From: Hemiscyllium ocellatum
Taxonomy: Eukaryota
Direction of reading: 5' to 3'
NCBI RefSeq assembly: GCF_020745735.1
Contig: NC_083410.1
Location: 4,190,117-4,254,116, forward strand
Length of the DNA: 64,000 nt
The notes under the pieces were generated by a model, which saw nothing but the letters and a program-made list of their open reading frames with translations, did no database searches and was not told where the DNA came from. Every line of letters begins with the position of its first letter. The first letter of the stretch is position 1. This document shows, piece after piece, positions 13,190 through 25,539 of the stretch. The translations under genes and the position numbers were made by a program.

Positions 13190-14960
13190 AAACTAAAGGA
13201 TATTGGGCAGAGATTAAGTCCATCACTGTCACTGAAGCAGTCATGTCAGACAAACTATTGGGGCGACAGGCAGATCAGTCCCCTGGCCCTGATGACTTGC
13301 ACCCAAAGATTCTAAAAGAGGGAGCCACAGAAATAGCAGATGTATTCGTTTGAATTTCCCAAAATTCCTTTCATTCTGGAGAAGTACAAGAGGATTTGAA
13401 AGCTGCCAATATGCCAGCCATACTCATAGAAAAGAACATAGAACATAGAAAAGTACAACACAGAACAGGCCCTTTGGCCCATGATGTTGTGCCGAGATTT
13501 AATCCTAATGTAAAATATAGTAACTTAACCTATGCACCCCTCAACGCACTGCTATCCATGTGCATGTCCAGCAGTCGCTCTGCTTCCATCACCACCGCTG
13601 GCAACGCATTTCATGCATTCACAACGCTCCGCGTACATAATATACCTCTGACATCTCCTTTATATCTTCCTCCTAATATCTTCAAACTATGACTCCTTGT
13701 ACCAGTCAATCCTGCCCTGGGGATAAGTCTCTGGCTATTGACTCTATCTATTCCACTCATTATTTTGTACACCTCGATCAGATCTCCTCTCTTCCTCCTT
13801 CTCTCCAGAGAGAAAAGTCCGAGCTTATTTAACCTTTCTTCATAAGGCAAGCCCTTCAGTCCAGGCAACATCTTGGTAAATCTTCTTTGCACCCTCTCCA
13901 AAGCCTCTGTATCTTTCCTATAGTAGGGTGACCAGAACTGGACAAATATTCCAAGTGTGGTCTTACCAGGGACTTGTAGAGCTGCAGCAAAATCTTGCAG
14001 CTCTTAAACTTGATCCCCCTGTTAATGATAGCCAAAACATTATATGCTTTCTTAACAAGCCTATCCATTTGGGTGGCAACTTTGAGGGATCCATGTACTT
14101 GCACACCCAGATCCCTCTGTTCCTCCAAGAATCTTGCCTCTAATCCTATATTTAGCATTCAAGTTCAATCTTCCTAAATGCATCATTTCACATTTATCCA
14201 GGTTGAACTCCATCTGCCATTTCTCAGCCCAAAGGGAGGGAGGAAAATGCACATACCTAAAGTGCAGTTAGCTGAGCATTTATTGTTGGAAATCTGTTGG
14301 AATTAGTTACGAAGGAAGTAATAGCAGAACATTTGAAAATTGTAATCTTATCAAGCAGACTCAGCAAGGCTTCATGAAAGGGAAATCGTGTCTGACTACT
14401 TTATTAGAGGTTGTCAAGCATCTCTCAACCAAAGTGCATCGAGGGGAAACAGCATCACTGATGTATTTGGAAAAGTTTGCAAACTGCATGAAAATCTTCG
14501 GTGTTGACTGGATTGGAAATAATTAGCCTATAAGGAAACACTGGACAAACTTGGATTGTTCTCACTGAAGTGTCACAGGTTGAGAGACGACCTGACAGAT
14601 GTTTATAAAATTATGAGAGGCAGGGATAGAATGGATTGTTGAAATCTCATTCCTAGGTTGGACATGTGAAATCTGAGGGTTATAGGTTAAAGGTGAGAGG
14701 GGGAATGCTAAAGGAGATGTGTGAGGCAAAGTTTTTACACAGAGGATGGTAGATGTCTGGAACAAGCTACCAGAGGAAATGGTTGAAATAGATACAATAA
14801 CAACATTTGAGAGGCATTTAGACAGACATATACACAGGCAGGGAATAGAGAGATATGGAGCATGTTCAGGCAGATGAAAATGTTTAGAATGGCATCATGA
14901 CCAGTACAGACACGGTGGGCTCAATGGCCTGTTCCTGTGCTGTACTGTTCTTTATGTTCT
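13190..14960. mobile_element. Nested CR1 LINE fragments on both strands
   Basis: ERVQRRFTKMLPGL, LVRPHLEY, WAEKWQMEFNLDKC motifs. Confidence 0.85.
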
Positions 14961-15139
14961 ACATGAAATTATTTCTTGTGGGGGTGTGCTGTACCACAGA
15001 GTGGGATTTGATCCCTGACCTTGTGGTCTACAGTTAGGGACACTGCCAGCATGCCATAGCCCCCTGAACCTGACATTGGTTACATGTCTCAAGGGCAGCA
15101 GCTCCTCTCAAACAAGTGGCTTCAATGAACAGCGAACAA

Positions 15140-18100
15140 AGAACAAAGAAAATTACAGCACAGGAACTGGCCCTTCGGCCATCTAAGCCTGTGCGGATCC
15201 AGATCCTCTATCTAAAGCTGCTGCTTATTTTTGAAAGATCTGTATCCCTTTGCTCTGTGCCCATTCATGTACTTGTCCAGATTTATCTTAAATAACGCTA
15301 TCGTTCCTGCCTCTACCACCTCCGTTGGCAACACGTTCCAGGCTCCCACCACCCTCCATGTAAAGAACTTTCCATGCACATCTCCCTTAAACCTTTCCCC
15401 TCTCACTTTGAACTCACGACCCGTAGTAATTGGGTTCCGTACTTTGGGAAAAAGGTTCTTGCTATCCACCCTGTCTTTACCTCTCATGATTTTGGAGACC
15501 TCAATCAGGTCCCCCCCGCCTCAAAATCCATCTTGCTAATTAAAATAATCCTAATCTATTCAACCTCTCTTCATAGCTAGCACTCTCTATACCAGTCAAC
15601 AACCTAGTGAAGCTCCTTTGCACCCTCTCCAAAGCATCCACATCCTTTTGGTAACGTGGCAACCAGAGCTTCATGCAGTATTCCAAATGTGGCAGAACCA
15701 AAGCCCTATACAACTGTAACATTACCTGCCAACTCTTGTACTCAATACCCTGTCAATGAAGGAAAGCATGCCATATGCCTTCTTGACCACTTTACTGACC
15801 TGCATTTCCACCTTCAGGGAACAATGGACCTGAACACCCAGATCTCTCTGTATTCCAATTTTCCCCAGGACTTTTCCATTTACTGTGTAGTTTGCTCTTG
15901 AATTGGATCTTTCGAAATGCATCACCTTGCATTTGTCTGGATTGAATTCCATCTGCCATTACTCTGCCCATCTCTCCAATCTATCTATATTCTGCTGTAT
16001 TCTCTGACAGTCCCTTTCATTATCTGCTACTCTACCAATCTTGGTGTAATCTGCAAACTATTCAGGCAAACGATAACTTCCTCCAATGCATTTATATACA
16101 TCACAAACAATGCTGGTCCCAGCACAGATTCCTGTGGAACATCACTGGTCACAGGTCTCCATTTTGAGAAACTCCCTTCCATTACCACTCTCTGTCTCCT
16201 GTTGCCCTGCCTGTTCTCTATTCATTGAGCTGGAACACCCTGGACCCCATGCGACTTCACCTTCTTCATCAGCCTACCATGGGGAACCTTATCAAGTGCC
16301 TTTCTAAAGTCCATGTTTATGACATCTACAGCCCTTCCTCCATCAATTAACTTTGTCACCTCCTCAAATAATTCTATTAGGTTTGTAAGACAGGACCTTC
16401 CCTGCACAAAACCATGCTGCCCATTACTGATAAGCCCAGTTTCTTTCAAATGGAAATAGATCCTACCCCTCAATGTCTTCCTCAGCAGCTTCCCTACCAC
16501 TGACATCAGGATCACTGGTCTATAATTACCTGGAATATCCCCGCTACCCTTCTTTAGCAAGGGGACAACATTAGCAATTCTCCAGTCCTCAGGGACCTCA
16601 CCTGTGTTCAAGAATGCTGCAAAGATATCTGTTAAAGCCCCAGCTATTTCCTCTCTTGCATCACTCAGTAAACCGGGATTAATCCCATCTGGACCTTGTC
16701 TACCTTAATGCCTTTTAGAATACCCAAAGCTTCCTGCCTCCTTTTGCCGACTTGACCTAGAGTACTCAAAGATCTATCCCTAACCTCAAAATCTGTCATG
16801 TCCCTCTCCTCAGTAAATACCAATGCAAATTACTCATTAAGAATCTCATCCAGTTTTTCTGACTCCATGCATAATTTTCCTCCGTTGTCCTTGAGTGGCC
16901 CAACCCTTTTTAATATTATCCTTCTGCTTCTTATCTTTGAAAAAAAGGCTTCAGGATTTTCCTTAACCCTGTTTGCTCAAGATATCTCATGACCCCTTTT
17001 AGTCCTTTTGATTCTTCATTTCAGATTGGCCCTACATTCCTGATATTCTTCCAAAGCTTTGACTGTCTTCAGTAGCCTACACCTTATGTACACATCATTT
17101 TTCCTCTTAGCTAGTCTCACAATTTCACCTGTCATTCATGTTTCCCCAATCTTGCCATTTCGATCCCTCACTTTCACAAGAATATACTTCTCCTGAACTC
17201 GAATCAACCTCTCTTTAAAACCCTCCCACATAACGAATGTGGACTTGCCTTCAAACAGCTGCTCACAATCTACATTCCCCAGCTCCTCCGAACTTTGCTA
17301 TAGTTGGCCTTCCCTCAATTTACCACTCTTCCTTTCGGATCACTCTCGTCTTTGTCTATGAGTATTCTAAAACTTATTGAATTGTGATCACTATTCCTGA
17401 AGCAATCCGCTACTGAAACTTCAACCATCTGGCCGGGCTCATTTCCCAACACCAGGTTCAGTATGGCCCATTCTCGAGTTGGGTTATTCACATACTGCTC
17501 TAGAAAACCCTCCTGAATGCTCCTTACAAATTCTGCTCCATCTAAGTGGATACTAATACTAAGTGAATCCCGGACAATGTAGGGAAAATTAAAAATGTCC
17601 TATCACTACCACCCTGTTGCTCCCACATCTTTGCATGGTCTATTTCCATGTTTGTACCTCTATGTCATGTTCGATGTTGGGCGGTCTGCAGTACAGCCCC
17701 AACATTGTAACTGCATTCTTCTTATTTCTGAGCTCTGCCCATAATGCCTCACTACTCGAGTCTTCCATAGTGCTCTCCTTCAGCACATCTTTGATATTTT
17801 CTTTGACCTGTAATGCAACGCTTCCAACTCTTTAACCTCCCTCTCTATCCCACCTGAAGCATGGATATCCTGGGATATTGCATTGCTGAACATGCCCTTC
17901 CCTCAAACAAGTCTCAGCAATAGCAATAAGATCATATGTCCAAGTACTAATCCATGCCCAAGTTCATCTGCCTTACGTGCTACCCTTCTTGCATTAAAAC
18001 AAATGCACCTGAGACCACCAGTTCCTTTGCATTCATCATCTGCTCCCTGCCGACTCCTTCCTTACTATACTCGAACCTCATTTGGTTCCCATCCTTCTGC

Positions 18101-18760
18101 CACATCAATTGAAATGCCCTCCAATAGCGTTAGCAAAAGTGCCACCAAAGACATTGGTTCCACTCCAGCCCAGATGGAGACCATTCAATTTGTAATAGAT
18201 CCACCTCCCCCAGAACTGATCTCAATGTCTCAAAACTTTGAACCCCTTCCTCCATCTCTCAAGCTACACATTCATCCTGCTTATTCTATCATTCCTACTG
18301 TGACTAGCACCCAGCACTGGTAGCAATCCTGAGATTACTACTTCTGAGGTCCTACTTTTTTAACTTGTTTCCAAACTCGCTAAATTTTGCTTGTAGGACC
18401 TCATCCTATTTTTTTTAACCTATATTGTGCCTATATGCACCACAGCAATTGGCTGTTCACCCTCCCTCTTGAGAATGATCTGTAGCTGATTCGAGACATC
18501 CGTGACCCGTGCACCAGGGAGACAACATATCATTCAGGAATCTCGTTTTTGACTACAGAGCTGCCTATCTACTCCCCTTACAATTGAATCCTTTATGACT
18601 ATAGCTGTTCCACTGTTTTTCCCTCCCTTCTGAACAGCAGAGCCAGCCACGGTGTCATGAACCTGGTGACTGTTGCGTTGCCCTGGTGAGCCATCTCCCC
18701 ACCAGTATCCAAACTGGTACACCAGTTTTGGAGAGAGATGACTGCAGGAGACATCTGCAC
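15140..18760 (-). mobile_element. Long, heavily mutated CR1 LINE (ORF1 esterase remnant, APE endonuclease, RT)
   Basis: IVIKDSIVRGVDRQLC (ORF1 SGNH-like); YRPVILMSVVGK..QHGFVQGRSCLTNLIE..DF.KA.DKVPH (RT); WQMEFNPDKC; many stops. Confidence 0.9.
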
Positions 18761-21700
18761 TGCCTTCCTGTTCTTCTTCTGCCTTTTGCTCCCCCATTCC
18801 CTTTCTTCCTTCGCAATTTGTCGTTTCTGTTGCTGTTATTGCAAGGCAATTGTTGATAACACATGAATACATAGTGAGTTAGGGTGATGTGGGAGGTGAA
18901 AACTTTGTCACAAATCCAATTGGGAATTGTGAAGAAACCTCTTTCCAAAGAGAGATTTGAGAATCTGTAACTTATTATCCCAGGGAGTGGAAAGTAGAAC
19001 TCATTATCCCAGGGAGTGGTTGAAGTGAATAGCGCAGGTTCACTTGAGGGGAAATTAGGAAGGCAAATAAAGGGGAAGAGTGGACAGTTATGCTGCTGAT
19101 GCTTATCTGCAGAAGGATGGTCACATGGTGAAAAACAGCACAAATACCAGCATCGACTGATTGGGCTGAATGGCTTTTGTCTGGATCTCATCTTTGATAT
19201 AATTCAATGAGCTCATACACGCACAGTGCTCAGTTGGAAAGGGCTTTTTTATTGTTGTATTCCAAACCACCTTGTAATGAAAACCTCTCTCAGAAGGACA
19301 TTACTTCTGCTGATAGCCTCCTGTTCTATGGTTCAGTAGGCCAGGGCGGAGGAAGTGGGTTTATTCACTGCATCAGAAATACTTGTGTCTGAGAAGACAA
19401 TCCTTTGATCAGTCTGTTTACACTGTGTAACAATTTGGTAGAAGCATTGAATCATAAGGAAACCATTCATGTGACACTCTGAAGCTGAACCAGAATGGGA
19501 CCAACACCCCTGTGTGGGTCGGTTTGCTTGTGCTTTGGGAGGAATTTAAAGTAGTTCCCCAGAGGGAGGGGATAAAGTATGTAGGGACACAGCCTACTTT
19601 AGTGAAGGAATAAAGGCAGATCGAGTTCAGCTATGTTGGGTTTTAAGGGAGGAAGGCAGGCTGGATGGCCTGTATGTTTATGCTCAGAGTAAGGTGGGTA
19701 AGAGAGATGGGTTCAAGGCATGGATTGACACATGGTATTGCAAACACAGGGACATGGTTGAGTGAGGGGCAGGACTGGCAACTCAATATTCTGGGGCACA
19801 GGATCTTTGGGCATGAAAGGGGAAGGTGCCAAAGAGGAGGTGGCGTTATGTTATGTTGTGTTAAGGAGTCCAATACTGCAGTAAGGAGGGACAATATCTT
19901 AGAATGGTTTTCAAATGAGGATTTGTGGGTAGAAGAACAGCCACACACTGGGACTGTCAATGCCCAACAATCAGTGGACAACAGAAGAGCCGACATGTCC
20001 TCAATTCACTGAGGTGTGTAATAAATTGATAATTATATCAGGGAATTTCAACTGCTGCAACAATAGTTAGGATAACAGTAGTATAAAGGTTTTAGAGAAA
20101 CATATTTCTTAAAATGTATACAGGAGAGCTTTTTATATTGCTGTGTCAAAGGTCCAACCTGGGAGGATGCAGTGCAGGACCTAATCTGGTGGAGCGGAGG
20201 TGGACAGCTGTTTGAGGTGACAGTGGGGGAGCATTGTCATGCCAGGAACCACAACACCAAATGGTTTCCGTTTGTTCTGAAATCACAAACTGTTTTCTGT
20301 ATCCCTCTTGTCCGCTTCACCAACAAGAGCATTTGGGTAAAGTGTTGTCCGCAAAAATGGGTTCTGGATTGAGGTGTTGTCCATGCTTTGGCCTATTTCT
20401 ATTTTGAGAACACTTTACCCAAATGTTCTTGGTGGTGAAGTGGACAAAGGGGATACAGAAATCAGTTTGTGGTTCAACACAATTTCATTCACACAATGCT
20501 TCTTATTAAAAACACCATGTAACCATTTCCCAACATTTACTTAGCTCTCCATCTGAGAAAGGATATCACCCATAATGATCCATGTGTTTGATCTTGCCCA
20601 TTGGAATATCCTTTCTCTCTGATGTATTGCTGGCTCTCTTCCACAAAACTGGTTTCACAGGTCAGGGCAAATCTTCTCCTGGGTCATCTTGGGTTGCCTC
20701 ATCATCTTCTGCCATGAGTGTTGCTGTGCATCTTCACTGAAAGTATTCACTGAGTCTTCACTGAAGCATCATTGAATCCTCACTGAGTTTTCACTGAATC
20801 ATCACTGAGGTTACTCTGTGTCCTCACTGAAGTTTCTGTGTGTCCTCATGAGGTGGTGGAGTCAAGACGTGTGCTTTTGTCGCCCCTCTTGGCCTTGACC
20901 TTCCAAACATTTTTGTGGCCTTTGGCCATTCAAGGTCATAAGCTGGGTTTAAGTTATCCAATGGGATTTGTCAACTCCTTCACTGTTGCAGTGCTGGGAG
21001 GTGTAATGTGCACACATTCAGTAAGTTCTCACTTTCTCCACACACTCAGTCAGTCAAGTTGCCTGAGAGTCTGATCGATATTCCTCCAATACACAGCTCT
21101 TGGTCTGGTTGTAATGGGTTCCTCTAGAACCTTTGTGACTGGTTTGACCTTGGCTTCTGCTGTTCTCTGAAGCCGACAGCTGCTGGCTGCTGGTTAATTT
21201 AGTTTGGCCACTTTTCTGTCAGGTCTGATTTCTCCGACAGTGGTCAATTCAGAATGTCTAATTTTGGGCTCATGGTTGCTTGTTCACAGGGTTATAGCAG
21301 ATTTTTAAAAAAATAAAGCTAAATCTGGCCAAAGTACACTGGGAACAGCTTGCTGATGGTGAGTCTGCAGCAGAACAGTGGGAGGTGTTCAAAAATGTTA
21401 ATGGGGTGAGTACAGGTCCAACATGGTCCCTTTGGGATGAAAAATCAGAGCACCAAGCATTCCGGGCTTTAATTTCAGTGAATGACCAACATAGCAAATA
21501 AAGCACAACAAAATAAAATCAATCAGTACAGTCTTCACTCTGTGTCAGACATGACCAGGAACAACATCAGCTGGGATCAGAACAATTAATAGGAGCTGAA
21601 ATTAAAATCAAGGCAAACTGAACTGTGTTTGATTTGTATGACAAAGTCATTTCAATTAAAGTTTAAATTGGGCTCCAGTGTAACTCATTAAGATGTGAGC

Positions 21701-21899
21701 AACATATCCAGGAAATTGCAAACTCTCAGCTCTCAGGTCTTTGATCATCATTTCCCACAACCCTCTGCAGCTCCTGTTCTGTCCAATGACACTCCCACCT
21801 CCACCTCTGATGTCCTTGTTTTAATCTAAACCCTTCCTCACCCCCGCCCTGGTTACTTCCCTTCTTATAACCTTCATTCATTCCTTTCGTCCAAGAAAC

Positions 21900-23300
21900 A
21901 AAATCAGAGGAACATATGAATTGGAGTAAACCATTCAACCCATCAATTCAATCCTGACTGGTCATTTTCCTCAATGCCACTTTCCTTCATTATCTCCACA
22001 TCCATGATTCATTGGTCTCTCAAAATCTTTCAGTTCCTTTCTTGAACATACTCAATGACTGAGGTCCCACATCCCTGGGATAGTGAATTCCACAGATTTC
22101 CCCACCTTCTGGATGAAGAAATTCCTCCTTATCTCAGTCTCAATTGGACGACTTACTTTCCTGTGATAATGCCCCATGGATCTTGACTCACCAGCCAAGG
22201 GAAACATTGCCACCAACATCCACACTGTTGTATCCTTGAAGCATGTTGAAAGTTTCAATTTAATCGCCTCTGATTTTTCAAACTCGAGAGCGTACAGGCC
22301 AGTTTCCTCACTCTCTCCTATCCAACAAACCCACCATCCCAGGGATTACTCTGCTGACCCTCCATACAACTCCCTCAATGGTAAGTCTGTGCTTCCTTAC
22401 ATTTGGGGACAAACTGTCCACAATCCAGCTGTGGTCTCCCCAATACTTTGTCCAACTGCAGCAAGACTTCCTCACCCCTGGACTCAACTCCCTTGTGGTG
22501 AAGACTGATATTTGCCTTCCTTAGTGACTGCTGCAGCCTCACACTGACTTTTAGTGAGTCCTAAACACAGAAACCCAGATCGCTTTGGATGCCAACAATT
22601 CCCAAACTGTCACTATTTTAAAATATTCTGCCTTTCTGTTTCCTTTGATGAAGTCGCTATCTTCACATCTATTCACGTTATATTCCATCTGCCTTGTCCT
22701 TTCCCATTCACTGAACCTGGCCACTTGATGCCTCCTTACATCTTCCTCACAGCTTCCAATCTTACCTACTTTTTGTATCATCAGAAAGTTTGGAACCATT
22801 CCAACTGGGCCCCACATCCAAACCATTTCTCGAGCTGTTGAACTGAACCATGCAGTACACCACAAGGAACAGTCGGTCTTCATGTGAGATACACTTTTAC
22901 TCCTACTCTTTGCTTTCAGTCATCTTTCTTCACATTATACTTTATCTGTCATGCATTTCCCCACTCACTCAGACTGTCCAGACCACACTGCAGCATCTCT
23001 ATGTTTTTCTCACAGCTCACCCTCCACTCAACTTTCTGTCACCTGCAAACTTGGAGACATTAAATTCAGTTCACTTTCCTAAATCATAAATTTATATTGT
23101 GAAGGCATAGAATCCAAATACTGATCCCTGTGGTATGCTACTAATCGCGGTCTGTCACTCAGAAATTGACCCAATTATTCTGATTCTTTGTCACCTGTTT
23201 GCTAATCAGTTCTCAGTCCATTTCATTGCAATATCCCAATCTCAATGGGTTTTAATTTTACATGTTAATCTCTTCTGTGGCTGCTTATCAAAAGCCTTCT
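21900..23300 (-). mobile_element. Degenerate CR1 LINE RT and 3' end
   Basis: QMEYNV, KFAxD, PQGSV and FQKAFDK-like motifs read on the minus strand. Confidence 0.8.
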
Positions 23301-23435
23301 GAATGTACCTCAGTGTTCACAGCAAAAATATAAAATCTGAATTGAAATGATGTGAAGGCAAGCAATTCCTGATCCACATTGATGCGACTGAACTGTGTTT
23401 CCCTGATTTTTACATTCCTTTTCTTCCCTTAACAG

Positions 23436-23494
23436 CCATGTCAGCTCTGTCTTGTATGACTGCCTTCAGATGAGAGAGGAGAAATTCAGAAATG
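23436..23494 (+). CDS. Putative cytoplasmic exon with ITIM (HVSSVLYDCLQMREEKFRN)
   Basis: Strong acceptor ttccttttcttcccttaacag|, donor ATG|gtaaat, 59 nt; VLYDCL fits V-x-Y-x-x-L; both splice sites conserved in paralog 63702-63760. Confidence 0.5.
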
Positions 23495-23519
23495 GTAAAT
23501 CCAGTTATAAACTGGTGGG

Positions 23520-23848
23520 CTGCACGATGGCACAGTGGGTGGCATGGTGGCACAGTGGTTAGCACTGCTGCCTCACAGCGCCAGAGACCCGGGTTCAATT
23601 CCTGTCTCAGGTGACTGTCTGTATGGAGTTTGCACATTCTCTCTGTGTCTGCGTGGGTTTCCTCTGGGTGCTCCGGTTTCCTCCCACAGTCCAAAAATGT
23701 GCAGGTTAGGTGAATTGGCCATGCTAAATTGCCTGTAGTGTTAGATGAAGGGGTAAATGTAGGGGAATGGGTCTGGGTGGGTTGTGCTTCGGCGGGTCGG
23801 TGTGAACTTGTTGGGTCGAAGGGCCTGTTTCCACATTGTAAGTAATCT
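23520..23848 (+). mobile_element. tRNA-derived V-SINE (HE1-like)
   Basis: GGTGGCACAGTGGTTAGCACTGCTGCCTCACAG..CCGGGTTCAATTCC head and TGGAGTTTGCACATTCTC..GTGGGTTTCCTC core; absent from paralog at about 63775. Confidence 0.85.
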
Positions 23849-24653
23849 AAAAACTGAGTTTCCACTCTGCATAGGTGAAATCAAGCAGTTTGTAATCAGT
23901 TTAAGTTTATCTTGTTCACTTCAGTAGCCCGGTCTGTGTTTGCCCTGAGTTTCATGGTCAGGCAAATTGAGGACTTTGGAATGTTTAAATAAATCTTTCC
24001 CCACTGCGACAACTCCTGGAATAGTGGGCTTGATTTCCAGAGAGTCACAGTGATGTGGAATTTTAACTTGCACATGTTGTCATAAAACCTTTAATGTGTT
24101 TGTAAATAATCTGGTGTTAGGAGGCATTGTCGTTGTAATTGTTACAGTGATTGTAACTGTCGCTGTTTAATTCAACGGTTAAATTCACTGACAACAAATA
24201 AACAACAGCAAATATTATCAGATTCACTTCATGGAAAGCCCACTCAGTAATGTCTGTTCACCAAAGGGTTAAAAAGAACTTAAACAGAAACATTGCTCAC
24301 TCACTCAGACTGTCCAAATCACACTGCAGCATCTCCACGTTTTTCTCACAGCTCACCTTATCAAATGCCTTCTGAAGGTACCTTAGTGTTCACAGCAAAA
24401 ATATTAAATCTGAATTGAAATGATGTGAAAGCAAGAAACTCACAAGAAATGGAATAAGGAATGTGTTCAAATTGCAGTCTCCCAACAGAAACTAGAGAAC
24501 TGTGCTGAACTTCCTCTTGACAGTTTAATTTCTTTAACTTCTGAGACACGAGAGATTAAAGAAGCTGCATTTGGCTGGGACATTTTGTATTTTGATATAT
24601 TAACTGGATGTACAAAAAACTCTGTGGATAAACAGGGTAGCTGGTCTGTTGAG

Positions 24654-24705
24654 ATGATCAGTGGAACTCTATTTTCTGTGACCCTGTCCCTCTGTATTGC
24701 TTTGG
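24654..24705 (+). CDS. Signal-peptide (leader) exon L2, MISGTLFSVTLSLCIAL(G)
   Basis: 52 nt, phase-1 donor G|gtaagt; paralog of 12797-12848; no intact downstream V exon seen. Confidence 0.7.
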
Positions 24706-25539
24706 GTAAGTGTTTGCTTTGGAAAAGTTTAACTTGTTATAAATAACCTTTCTGTGGTTTGTGCTGCTGTGGAGTTTGTGAGAATTCTATAAGTTTGAAC
24801 ATTGAGAACTAGAGGGGAGAGTCACAAGGAGAATTTGTCACTGTCTGTGGATTATTTCATGCAGCTGACACAGAGCTCCACAGGCTGGGAACACAGACCG
24901 GAAAATGGAGCGTTCCTCCCATCCTTTTCTGTCGTTCATTTACAGGGAGAATGGGATTGAGGGACATGCTGCGCATTAAGGTGTGTACTTGGGGTGAATT
25001 GGATTAGTCTGTGGGTCTCATTGGGGTGGATTGAAAGACAACCTCTTATTTTTCCAAACTTAGTGCATTTACAGCTTTGTGATTCAGAGTGAGTTCCACC
25101 AACGGACCCATGCTGACACTTACATTAATTTTCAATTCTCAAGCTGCTCCCTCACACTCACTGAGCTTGTAGAGTGTCCCCCTGTTAAAATGGACAGACA
25201 ATGCGGTAGAACAAACTGGGGATTTCACCATCTACAGAACAAAGAGAGAGTCCGGCTGCAGGAAATGTGGTTTTGACAATTCGGCTGAGAGAAGGTTGTC
25301 TTTTCTAAATACCAGCTGAAAACTGAGCCCAGGAAATAGAAAAGAGGAAGCAACAATTGCAGCACAGAGTGAAATCTCACTATTCCAGAAATCACAGGAA
25401 TAGTCTGATGAAGAAGGAAACCATTGGGCACATTGTGTTTGCACGTGCTCTCTGATCACTTTAACTTAGGGCCAATGTTTGCCTTTTCCCCTCCATCCTG
25501 CACATTGTTTATACTTAAATAACCATCCAATAGCATATT

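Larger units (their letters stand above)
16800..24080 (+). repeat. Segmental duplication, copy 1 (paralog 57410-64000)
   Basis: Colinear matches by eye: 17080/57410, 19200/59530, 20730/61010, 21640/61880, 23436/63702, 23990/63920. Confidence 0.9.

Noticed and set aside
20560-21300. Possible protein-coding relic on the minus strand with 11-bp GTCTTCACTGA repeats (paralog 60800-61500)
   Set aside because: Many stops and no recognisable domain; left unclassified
22850-23089. Hydrophobic TM-like ORF conserved in the paralog at 63105-63353
   Set aside because: Largely the antisense of CR1 RT sequence (DRLSEW..QMxYNV, KFAxD)
24060-24170. Val/Ile-rich (plus) or Thr-rich (minus) short frame
   Set aside because: Low-complexity sequence with in-frame stops nearby and no convincing splice sites
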